Shown here piece by piece: positions 56,896 to 64,000 of a stretch of DNA of 64,000 nucleotides (positions are counted from its first letter, which is position 1; every line of letters starts with the position of its first letter). Both the position numbers and the translations under genes were made by a program. This stretch comes from an uncultured Gammaproteobacteria bacterium (GTDB lineage: Bacteria; Patescibacteriota; Microgenomatia; UBA12405; JAHJSD01), in contig CAZCGQ010000004.1 in the NCBI GenBank assembly GCA_964498425.1, positions 24,210 to 88,209 on the forward strand, in the 5' to 3' direction. Under the pieces are notes generated by a model. That model saw only the letters and a program-made list of their open reading frames with translations. It did not search any database and was not told the origin of the DNA.

Positions 56896-58617
56896 ATGAA
56901 AAAAATTATTTTATTTCTAATCATATTTTTCGTTTTGGCCGTACCGGCAGGTGCGGCGGAATGTCATAAAGATTGTTCTACTATTGATGAATGCCAGCGG
57001 TTTATTGATGAATGCGGCGATGTTTTGGACCTTTATGATCAAGCAAATTTAAAGAACAAGGAAACTCTAGAGGAGTTTAGAACTCAGGTTAACCGTTTCG
57101 AAGCGATGATTGCTACGGCTGATAGGCAAGTTAACAATTTGGAAGAGGAAATAGTTGACCAAGAAGCGGATATAGAAGTGCAAAAAATTCTTTTGGCAAA
57201 CCGTGTTCGCCGGCTTTATGTTCATCAACAAAGTTTTTCAACTTTGACCATGTTCTTCGCGGCAGAGAACAGTGGCCATTTTATTCGAAAGATGTTTTAT
57301 CAACAGTTGGTGGCTAATGAAGACAAAAAAGCAATCGAAAAATTGTCCAGTCAACTAGCAGAATTAAAGGAGAGTAAGGACAAGGTTGAAGAAAATAAGG
57401 TATGGTTGGCCCAGAAAAAGAAGGAAATGGAATCAAAAATTTCTTTCATGGAAGGCGAAATTGCCAAAACAGAGGATTATTTAGATGTTCTGTCTACAAC
57501 AATTAAGAAGTTATCAGAAAAGCAGGAGAATTTGTTGGCCGCTCGTTCGGGTGATTTTACAACTAGTGTCGGAAATGTTCCGGTCAGTAAGATTCCCTGT
57601 TCAGGACCGCCGGGAAGCCCCAGCTATTGCGACCCCGGTGGAGGAAATTGGTTTGCTGCCTTTTCTCTTGGGGCCTGGACTCACCGTAAGGGAATGAGTC
57701 AATATGGGGCAAAGGGTAGAGCTGACGCCGGTCAGTCGGTTGATCAGATTTTGCAGGCTTATTACGGTAAGACTCCAGTTGATAAAGACACTTCGGGGAC
57801 AATTTCAGTTTCTGGTTACGGTAACCTTGATTTTGAAAACTACTATTTATATGGAATAGCAGAAATGCCAAGCAGTTGGCATAATGAGGCCCTAAAAGCT
57901 CAAGCAATTGCTGCCCGTACTTACGCCTATCGTTATAAGGCGGAAGGAAAAACGATATGTACAACCCAAGCCTGTCAGGTTTTTCGAAATGACAAGGCAG
58001 CGAGCCCGCCAGCGGCGTGGAAGCAAGCAGTTGATGAAACTCGAGGAAAGGTTCTGGAAGATGTAATTACCTACTATTCATCCACAGCCGGAGGTTATTT
58101 AACCACGCATTGTGGTTGGGATACGACTGATGGTCAAGGCGGTCCGGGTTTTGCTTCTCGGGCTTGGGAGTCAAAGGCCGGTTCTCCCTGGTTTTATTCC
58201 AGCTGGTACACTCAAAATTATACTTCTGGTTCGGCTAAATGCGGCCGTTCACACCCTTGGTTATCCGAGGAAGAGACAGCAGATATTCTTAATGCCTGGC
58301 TGGTTTTGAATAAACAGGGAAATGATGATCGTATTTTGCCAACAACAATAAACTCCTGCCCGATCGGTGGAGTTAGCGGCAATCCATATTCAATTGATGA
58401 AATGAGAAACAAAGCCGACGAGCATGGGGGAGCGTTTACATCGGTTACCAGTGCCTCCGTATCTTACAGTAATGATGGTTATACCTCGACGGTTACCCTA
58501 TCTACTAACAAGGGAACAGTTAATATTCCGGGATCAGAGTTTAAAAAAGCCTTTAATCTTCGCGCGCCGGGTTACATTGCTATCCGCAGCCCGCTCTTCA
58601 ACTTCGAAAGAAAGTAA
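56896..58617 (+). CDS. SpoIID/LytB-domain protein (peptidoglycan lytic enzyme / amidase enhancer) with N-terminal coiled coil
   Basis: SpoIID signature WTHRKGMSQYGAKGRA. Signal peptide MKKIILFLIIFFVLAVPAGA. Long coiled-coil N-terminal half. Confidence 0.55.
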   Translation: MKKIILFLIIFFVLAVPAGAAECHKDCSTIDECQRFIDECGDVLDLYDQANLKNKETLEEFRTQVNRFEAMIATADRQVNNLEEEIVDQEADIEVQKILLANRVRRLYVHQQSFSTLTMFFAAENSGHFIRKMFYQQLVANEDKKAIEKLSSQLAELKESKDKVEENKVWLAQKKKEMESKISFMEGEIAKTEDYLDVLSTTIKKLSEKQENLLAARSGDFTTSVGNVPVSKIPCSGPPGSPSYCDPGGGNWFAAFSLGAWTHRKGMSQYGAKGRADAGQSVDQILQAYYGKTPVDKDTSGTISVSGYGNLDFENYYLYGIAEMPSSWHNEALKAQAIAARTYAYRYKAEGKTICTTQACQVFRNDKAASPPAAWKQAVDETRGKVLEDVITYYSSTAGGYLTTHCGWDTTDGQGGPGFASRAWESKAGSPWFYSSWYTQNYTSGSAKCGRSHPWLSEEETADILNAWLVLNKQGNDDRILPTTINSCPIGGVSGNPYSIDEMRNKADEHGGAFTSVTSASVSYSNDGYTSTVTLSTNKGTVNIPGSEFKKAFNLRAPGYIAIRSPLFNFERK

Positions 58618-58620
58618 TTG

Positions 58621-58646
58621 TAGGGATAATTCTAGGATTGTCTTTA
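58621..58646. repeat. Degenerate copy of the TAGGGACAAT..GATTGTCCCTA palindrome (copy 2 of 3) between the SpoIID-like and ftsH stops
   Basis: tagggataattctaggattgtcttta. Confidence 0.45.
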
Positions 58647-60515
58647 TGAGTTTTCTTTAATAATATCCTCGAATTCTTCGCGGTTTAAAGTTTCCTTGGA
58701 CATTAGTTTATCTGCAACGGCGTCCAGGGATTTTTTCTGCTTTTTAAGGATGTCTTTAGCTGTTTGATAGGATTGGTTAACAAACCTTTTAATCTCTTCA
58801 TCAACACTGGCTTTAGTTTGAGGGGATACCTCGTCAGGCTCCATGTAGGCACTACCCCATTCAGTTGTGTCCATTTGGCGGCCAAAATAAAGTGGCCCGA
58901 GGTTGCTCATTCCGTATTCAACAACCATTTTACGGGCAATTTTAGTTGCGTGTTCAATATCTTTGGATGCACCTGAAGTCATTTCATCAAAAATCATTTC
59001 TTCAGCGGCTCGACCTCCCATCAAGGTAGTAATTCTCGACATTAGTCTGGTTTTACTTTCATGAACCCGGTCCTTTTCCGGCGGCATTAGGGTATAACCG
59101 AGGGCAATACCTCGGGCAACGACGGAAATTTTTTCAACGGGATCAGCTTCCGGACTGAAATGGCTGACGACTGCATGCCCAGCTTCGTGATAGGCCGAAA
59201 TTTTTTTCTCGTCTTCTGAAACTAATCTTTTCTTTTGCGGTCCTAGCTTAACCTTTATTGCCGCTTCGTCCAGCTCCTCCGGATCAATTTTTTCTTTATT
59301 ATTCCGGGCCGCTAAAATTGCTGCTTCGTTAAGCATATTTTCCAAATCAGCTCCTGAAAAACCAACAGTTCGGCGGGCAACATCTTTGAAAGAAACATTT
59401 TTGGCAAACGGCTTGCCTTCCGAATGCAGTTTGAGAATAGCTGTTCTTTCTCCCAGGTCAGGGAGATTAAAGACGATTCTTCTGTCAAATCTACCTGGTC
59501 GGGTTAAAGCCGGATCTAGAATATCGGGACGGTTAGTTGCTGCCAAAATAATTATTGTTTCATTGGGTTCCAAACCATCCATTTCAACTAATAGCTGATT
59601 TAAAGTTTGTTCTCTTTCTCCATGCCCACCGGCAAATCCCCCCATGCCTCGAACACCGCCGATAGCGTCAAGCTCGTCAATAAAAATAATTGCTTTTTGG
59701 GCCTTTCGAGCGTTTTCAAATAAGTCTCTGACCCGGCTGGCACCAATACCGACGAGCATTTCCATAAATTCCGATCCAGCCATGTGGAGAAAGGGAACTT
59801 TGGCCTCACCGGCAATTGCTCTAGCCATTAAGGTTTTTCCGGTTCCGCTTGGGCCAACTAAAAGGACTCCTTTTGGGATTCTGGCTCCCATTTTTTGATA
59901 TTTTTTCGGATTTTTTAGAAAGTCAACGATTTCTTTAATTTCATTCTTAGCCTCATCTAACCCGGCAACATCATCAAAGGTGGCTTTACCGTTCTTTTTG
60001 AAGAACTTAGCTTTTGATTTCCCGAAGGAAAAAATGCTTGATTGTGCTTGGCCGGCTTTTTTATAGATCATCCAGAAAATAAAACCGGTCAAAATGATTG
60101 GCCCTAATGTTCCAACCAAGTTGCCAATTATTTTTAGTAAGTCCTGGTTGTTAACTTGAAAATCTACTGATGTTGGTTCAATGCCGGCGTCAGCTAAGAT
60201 TTCACTAAAACTGACATTTGTTTCCTTTTGAGCAAAGACGGTTTGGTCATCTTCCAGGGTTAGCCTGATTCGGTCATCGATGACAACAATTTTCTCTACT
60301 TCATTGTTTTTTATTCTTTCTAAGGCCTTGGACAAACTGATTTCATTGTCCGGTTGATCAGTGAAAGAGGCAATGCCGCTGAGGGCGTAAACCACTAAAA
60401 GTCCAATAAGTACCGCCTGCCCAATTTTTTTCCAGAGCGGCTCTTTTGATTTTTTTTTCTTTCTTTTTTTCTTCGTCTTTTTTTGGTCAAAGATACTTAT
60501 TTTTTTCATCGCCAT
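58644..60515 (-). CDS. ftsH: ATP-dependent zinc metalloprotease FtsH
   Basis: AAA+ Walker A GVLLVGPSGTGKTLMARAIAGEA, SRH, and zinc-binding HEAGHAVV. N-terminal TM. 623 aa. Confidence 0.9.
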   Translation of the reverse strand: MAMKKISIFDQKKTKKKRKKKKSKEPLWKKIGQAVLIGLLVVYALSGIASFTDQPDNEISLSKALERIKNNEVEKIVVIDDRIRLTLEDDQTVFAQKETNVSFSEILADAGIEPTSVDFQVNNQDLLKIIGNLVGTLGPIILTGFIFWMIYKKAGQAQSSIFSFGKSKAKFFKKNGKATFDDVAGLDEAKNEIKEIVDFLKNPKKYQKMGARIPKGVLLVGPSGTGKTLMARAIAGEAKVPFLHMAGSEFMEMLVGIGASRVRDLFENARKAQKAIIFIDELDAIGGVRGMGGFAGGHGEREQTLNQLLVEMDGLEPNETIIILAATNRPDILDPALTRPGRFDRRIVFNLPDLGERTAILKLHSEGKPFAKNVSFKDVARRTVGFSGADLENMLNEAAILAARNNKEKIDPEELDEAAIKVKLGPQKKRLVSEDEKKISAYHEAGHAVVSHFSPEADPVEKISVVARGIALGYTLMPPEKDRVHESKTRLMSRITTLMGGRAAEEMIFDEMTSGASKDIEHATKIARKMVVEYGMSNLGPLYFGRQMDTTEWGSAYMEPDEVSPQTKASVDEEIKRFVNQSYQTAKDILKKQKKSLDAVADKLMSKETLNREEFEDIIKENS

Positions 60516-60568
60516 TTAGTATAACACAAGTTTAGCCGAAGGCTGAACGCATAATGCTAAACGCCTTT

Positions 60569-60596
60569 GTAGGGACAATCCTAGGATTGTCCCTAC
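60569..60596. repeat. Perfect 28-bp palindrome GTAGGGACAATC-CTAG-GATTGTCCCTAC in the divergent ftsH / 60622 promoter region (copy 3 of 3)
   Basis: gtagggacaatcctaggattgtccctac is exactly self-complementary. Confidence 0.7.
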
Positions 60597-60621
60597 GGAA
60601 TATCAGACTTTAGTCTGCGTT

Positions 60622-61359
60622 GTGTTAAAATATGTCATGGCAGATATTTATAAGCCTGAGCCGCCACCCTCACGAGTTGAAGAAGAGGAAGAAACCCCTA
60701 AGGTTGACAAATCCAAGCCCAAAAAGAAAAAAAGAAAAGCGGATGAAACGAAGAGCTCGAAAACTCCCCGTGATAAAGTTTACCAAATTGTAGGGACAAG
60801 TTACAATCCTTTATCCTCCTTTGTTGCCCGACCAAAACATACTAATTTTGAAACACAATATGACGGTGAAGAAGTAATTTTGCTTCTCCGTCGGCACGTT
60901 ATTACTAATGTCGGTTGGATGATTATGTCTTTTCTCTTGATTTTTGTTCCTTTATTAGTAACCAATTTTCCCTTAATTAGTTTTTTACCGTCCCGATTTC
61001 AATTTGTTTTTTTACTGATGTGGTATTTGTTTGTTTTTGCCTATACTTTAGAAAGCTTTCTTTCCTGGTATTTTAATGTTTACATTATTACTGATGAGAG
61101 AATTGTTGATGTTGATTTTTACAATTTAGCTTACAAAGAAATTTCGGACGCGGAGATAGAAAACATTGAAGATGTAACCCTGGTTATGGGTGGGGCGATT
61201 CAAACAATTTTTAATTATGGTAACGTAAGGATACAAACGGCTGGTCAAGTTCCAGAATTCTGCTTCGAGTTAGTTCCACAGCCCTCCAAAATCGTTGATA
61301 TTTTAAAGCAATTACAGTTAGAAGAGAAGCAGGAAGAGCTTGAAGGGAGAGTAATGTAA
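60622..61359 (+). CDS. Membrane protein with bacterial PH-like (YdbS/bPH_2-like) C-terminal domain
   Basis: K/E-rich N-terminus, two TM helices (MIMSFLLIFVPLLVTNFPLISF, FVFLLMWYLFVFAYTL), then ITDERIVDVDFYNLAYKEISDAEIENIEDV. Confidence 0.3.
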   Translation: MLKYVMADIYKPEPPPSRVEEEEETPKVDKSKPKKKKRKADETKSSKTPRDKVYQIVGTSYNPLSSFVARPKHTNFETQYDGEEVILLLRRHVITNVGWMIMSFLLIFVPLLVTNFPLISFLPSRFQFVFLLMWYLFVFAYTLESFLSWYFNVYIITDERIVDVDFYNLAYKEISDAEIENIEDVTLVMGGAIQTIFNYGNVRIQTAGQVPEFCFELVPQPSKIVDILKQLQLEEKQEELEGRVM

Positions 61360-61423
61360 TGAAGAAAACACGAAGCACTAAGTACGAATTACTAAACAAT
61401 ATTAAAATTTTAATTATTAATTA

Positions 61424-61500
61424 TCAAAACTTTTCGAATTTCGATATTCCCCGGTCTCGCCGAGGCGAAGCCGAGGGCGGACGAATTTCGGATTTAAGTC
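61424..61500. repeat. Intergenic repeat-family copy (AAAACTTTTCGAATTTCGATATTC ... GAATTTCGGATTTAAG) with an embedded GC hairpin
   Basis: Segment 61424-61447 is the reverse complement of 14961-14984. The terminal gaatttcggatttaag matches 17300-17316. Confidence 0.55.
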
Positions 61501-61501
61501 A

Positions 61502-61732
61502 ATGAACGCTTTCATTGAATTTGTAACTGGTGTTTCTATTTGGCAGGTGGCTAAGATATTTGTTTTAGTTGCTTTAGTTATTTATGCTATTTTTGCCTGG
61601 GTAGTTGTTCGACAGGTGAATTTAATGACAAGGGTAGTTTCGGGAGAATTAGACCTGCCAATCAAGATTATTTCTTGGCTGCACTTTTTCTTTTCCATTT
61701 TCATTATCTTCCTCGCCTTTGTTGTCCTATAA
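61502..61732 (+). CDS. Small hydrophobic membrane protein
   Basis: 76 aa with two predicted TM helices. Confidence 0.3.
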   Translation: MNAFIEFVTGVSIWQVAKIFVLVALVIYAIFAWVVVRQVNLMTRVVSGELDLPIKIISWLHFFFSIFIIFLAFVVL

Positions 61733-61772
61733 TCTGCCAACAATTATTCACGATCGTGAGCAATTGTTGAAG

Positions 61773-63560
61773 TTAGGTTTTCTTTAGGTCTTCTAAAGAA
61801 AGGTTGTAGTCGTGGGAAAATTGTTCCCATTGACAGCGGCATTTTCCGGATAGGTGGACGGTATCTGGAACTAGCTTTTTATTTTCTAGGTGAGCCTGCC
61901 AAATTTTCAATCGTTCTTTTTTTCCATCAATTTTTACTTTGGTGTAAGCTCCTGGCCAGGGGTTAAAAGCCCGTACTTGGTTGACAATTTCTTCAGCCGG
62001 TTGAGCCCAATTAATTTCCGCTTCATCTTTTTTAATTTTACTAGCGTAGGTAGCCTCCTTTTCACTTTGAGGGTCCATAACCCAGAATTGAGGCTGATTG
62101 GTTTGATAGAGGTCGGAGAAAATTGGAACGATTTTTTGGGCAGCTGACTGAAATAACCGGTTTGTTAATTGTCCGGCGGTTTCATCAGACTTAACTGATG
62201 TTTTTTCTTGGGTAATTATTGGGCCGGCATCCATTGCTTCAACAAGTTTGAAAATCGTCCAGCCGGTTTCTTTTTCACCGGCTTCAATCGTTCTAATTGT
62301 TGGAGCGGCTCCACGCCATTTGGGCAAAAGTGAGGGGTGAATGTTTAAAAGTATATTAAACCAATTTAACCATGATTTGGGAATTATATTTCCATAGACG
62401 GCAACGATACCCCAATGAGGCTTATATTTAAGTTTTCTTTCCACTTTTTGGCGGGTTTTGTAGCTAAGCTTTTCCAATTTAAAAGTTGTTAGATTTTGTT
62501 TCTTGGCGAATTGGCCGAGTGGGCATGCTTTGACTTTTTGGCCGCGGCCGCATTGACGGTCGGGTTTAGTAATTACTGCTCCGACAGGGATATCCGCTTT
62601 CAATAATTCTTTTAAAATTAAGACGGATTCCGCACTTGAACCGAAAAATAATAACGGTTGTTTGAAAACATCTTGCTTGTGGGGCGGAGTATGTTTAAGA
62701 ATGAGGTGCTTGGTGTTAGTGGTTAGCGATTGGTCGATATTTTTACCGCGTATTAAGGCAGTTGGACCAATAAAATTAGCTGGGTAAACAATTTTGTCAC
62801 TGGGTTGAGCCAGTTCTTCTAGCCGTTTGTTTTCGTCTTCATCCTTACCAATAATTACCAAACGATCACCTTGCCAAAAATGTCGGCCGACTTTTAATAA
62901 TTTTGCATCATCAACATGCAAATTAGAGAAGTGATCTTTAAGGTCAAACACTTTTTCTCCAAATCCCTTTTCAGTCAGCATGCATCCACCAGCCGGTTGT
63001 TGATAGGAAAGATTAGCCTTATTTGCTAAATCAATTTGAGTTTTTCTGCTTCTGCCGCTGATGCCAAAAAGTTCTTCTCGGTTAAGCCAGCCTTTTTTTT
63101 CAGGACCGGTTGGCTCCAATTTTTGGGCAGACAACGGGCGGACAAGAAGCTCATTTAGTCCGGATTTAGTAGCTAAAAGTTCCATTGCCTCTTTGTTTTG
63201 GGAGAACGGTCGTTGACCGATAACTTCACCGGTAGCAACAAAATTAAAGTTTTCCTTGTCAAGAATTTCTTTGGACTTTTTAAGCATAATCAGGTGGCAG
63301 TCGATGCAGGGGTTAGCTGCTCCGCCAAAGCCGTGTTCCGGACTTTCAATCGCTTCCAACAGTTCTTTAGAAATATCAATAACCTCGTAAGGAATATTTA
63401 GTTGTTTTGCCGCCTGGACACCACGTTGGGAATCAAAGAAGACACTTTCAAAAATTAGGCCTTTTATCTCAATCCCTTGCTGCCTAATTAACCAAGCAGC
63501 TAGAACCGAATCCAAGCCACCTGAAATTAAAACCAAAGCTTTAATGTCTTTTTTCTTCAT
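61773..63560 (-). CDS. fmt: Fusion protein: N-terminal PP-loop ATP pyrophosphatase domain (SGGxDS; QueC/ThiI/LarE-like) joined to a complete methionyl-tRNA formyltransferase
   Basis: N-terminus ALVLISGGLDSVLAAW (PP-loop) with Cys motifs PCIDCH and GGCM. C-terminal half carries the Fmt signature HPSLLPKWRGAAPI and the Fmt C-terminal domain. Continuous 595-aa ORF. Confidence 0.6.
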   Translation of the reverse strand: MKKKDIKALVLISGGLDSVLAAWLIRQQGIEIKGLIFESVFFDSQRGVQAAKQLNIPYEVIDISKELLEAIESPEHGFGGAANPCIDCHLIMLKKSKEILDKENFNFVATGEVIGQRPFSQNKEAMELLATKSGLNELLVRPLSAQKLEPTGPEKKGWLNREELFGISGRSRKTQIDLANKANLSYQQPAGGCMLTEKGFGEKVFDLKDHFSNLHVDDAKLLKVGRHFWQGDRLVIIGKDEDENKRLEELAQPSDKIVYPANFIGPTALIRGKNIDQSLTTNTKHLILKHTPPHKQDVFKQPLLFFGSSAESVLILKELLKADIPVGAVITKPDRQCGRGQKVKACPLGQFAKKQNLTTFKLEKLSYKTRQKVERKLKYKPHWGIVAVYGNIIPKSWLNWFNILLNIHPSLLPKWRGAAPTIRTIEAGEKETGWTIFKLVEAMDAGPIITQEKTSVKSDETAGQLTNRLFQSAAQKIVPIFSDLYQTNQPQFWVMDPQSEKEATYASKIKKDEAEINWAQPAEEIVNQVRAFNPWPGAYTKVKIDGKKERLKIWQAHLENKKLVPDTVHLSGKCRCQWEQFSHDYNLSLEDLKKT

Positions 63561-63593
63561 ACCTGGATTATATCATCCGGAAGTAGACGGAAG

Positions 63594-63670
63594 TGGTGGC
63601 AGGGAAGGGAGTCGAACCCTTGACCTCCGGGTTATGATTCCGACGCTCTAACCAACTGAGCTACCCTGCC
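63594..63670 (-). tRNA. tRNA-Met (anticodon CAT; elongator Met or Ile2 type)
   Basis: The reverse complement folds as GGCAGGG-TA-GCTC..GAGC-..loop ATCATAA..-T arm GGTTCGA(C)TCC-CCCTGCC-A-CCA. The CCA is encoded. Confidence 0.75.
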
Positions 63671-63676
63671 TGAGTC

Positions 63677-63753
63677 TGGTGGACCCGAGCGGATTCGAAC
63701 CGCTGACCTTCCGAATGCAAATCGGATGCTCTAGCCAACTGAGCCACGGGCCC
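63677..63753 (-). tRNA. tRNA-Ala (anticodon TGC)
   Basis: Reverse complement GGGCCCGTGGCTCAGTTGGCTAGAGCATCCGATTTGCATTCGGAAGGTCAGCGGTTCGAATCCGCTCGGGTCCACCA. Anticodon loop TTTGCAT. G3:U70 is absent, but the anticodon is unambiguous. Confidence 0.75.
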
Positions 63754-63764
63754 TTAGGGGAAAT

Positions 63765-63837
63765 TGGTTGCGGGGCCAGGAGTCGAACCTGGTCTGTGAG
63801 GTTATGGGCCTCACGTGCTGCCGTACACTACCCCGCG
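63765..63837 (-). tRNA. Initiator tRNA-fMet (anticodon CAT, C1:A72 mismatch)
   Basis: Reverse complement CGCGGGG...CCCATAA...TTCGACT...CCCCGCAACCA closely parallels the E. coli tRNA-fMet ends (CGCGGGG / CCCCGCAACCA), including the C1-A72 mismatch. Confidence 0.7.
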
Positions 63838-64000
63838 CTAGTAGAGTTATTATACGTTTTATACCTAAGCGATGTCAAATTAACTAACTTTCTGCGAAGA
63901 AGAGGTCCCACCACTGTTTCCAGGCCGGTGAATTGGGAGATATTTTTCTTCCCTGGTGCTTATTCGGCAAATCCGGCAGTTCTGGAAGAACCAAAACAAG

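Overview
This 64 kb window looks like a compact-genome bacterium of the Candidate Phyla Radiation / Patescibacteria type. That placement is inferred, not demonstrated. It rests on short tightly packed genes, a 23S rRNA gene with no adjacent 16S or 5S that carries a group I intron encoding a LAGLIDADG endonuclease, Gram-positive-style type IV secretion genes, and many small PIN toxin pairs.

The window holds the replication-origin neighbourhood: dnaA (-), dnaN (-), recF, and an AT-rich DnaA-box region. It also holds rnpA-yidC-jag, smpB followed directly by a tmRNA gene, rplY, gmd, rtcB, an S1-domain protein, efp, radA, rho, ftsH and three tRNAs (fMet, Ala-TGC, Met-CAT).

There are two accessory blocks.
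- 2.7-11 kb: a type IV secretion-like cluster. It has a PrgI-like membrane protein, a split VirB4 ATPase, a 1229-aa protein ending in a CHAP peptidoglycan hydrolase domain, and two tandem Pro/Thr-rich membrane-anchored paralogs.
- 28.4-41.2 kb: an accessory or defence-like island. It contains three VapBC-type toxin-antitoxin pairs, a Nudix hydrolase, a P-loop kinase convergent with an atypical Hanks-type kinase, an ANT(2'')-like nucleotidyltransferase, glycosylase, HIT and MazG proteins, and an uncharacterised operon (wHTH + tandem PEP-utilising swivel domains, MazG, and a 560-aa HExxH/ImmA-like protein).

The strongest candidate for an undescribed system is that operon at 36.4-41.2 kb. A second candidate is the miniature in-frame insertion element described under findings.

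Further downstream are a cytoplasmic VirD4/TraG-like ATPase, a pectate-lyase-fold protein with TSP3 and dockerin-like repeats, two VirB2-like small membrane paralogs, a SpoIID-like protein and a PP-loop-Fmt fusion.

Structure not explained by genes includes a GC-rich ~26-nt core inserted in frame into two unrelated genes (with a related A-rich tract in rtcB), a 28-bp perfect palindrome with two imperfect copies around the SpoIID-like and ftsH genes, a dispersed TTCGAAAT/CGAAGCACGAAG intergenic repeat family, a ~48-nt two-copy repeat, a ~165-bp direct duplication of the efp 3' end plus intergenic region bracketing the Nudix-VapBC module, and several promoter/terminator-delimited small-RNA candidates.

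All calls are from reading the sequence. No database search was run.
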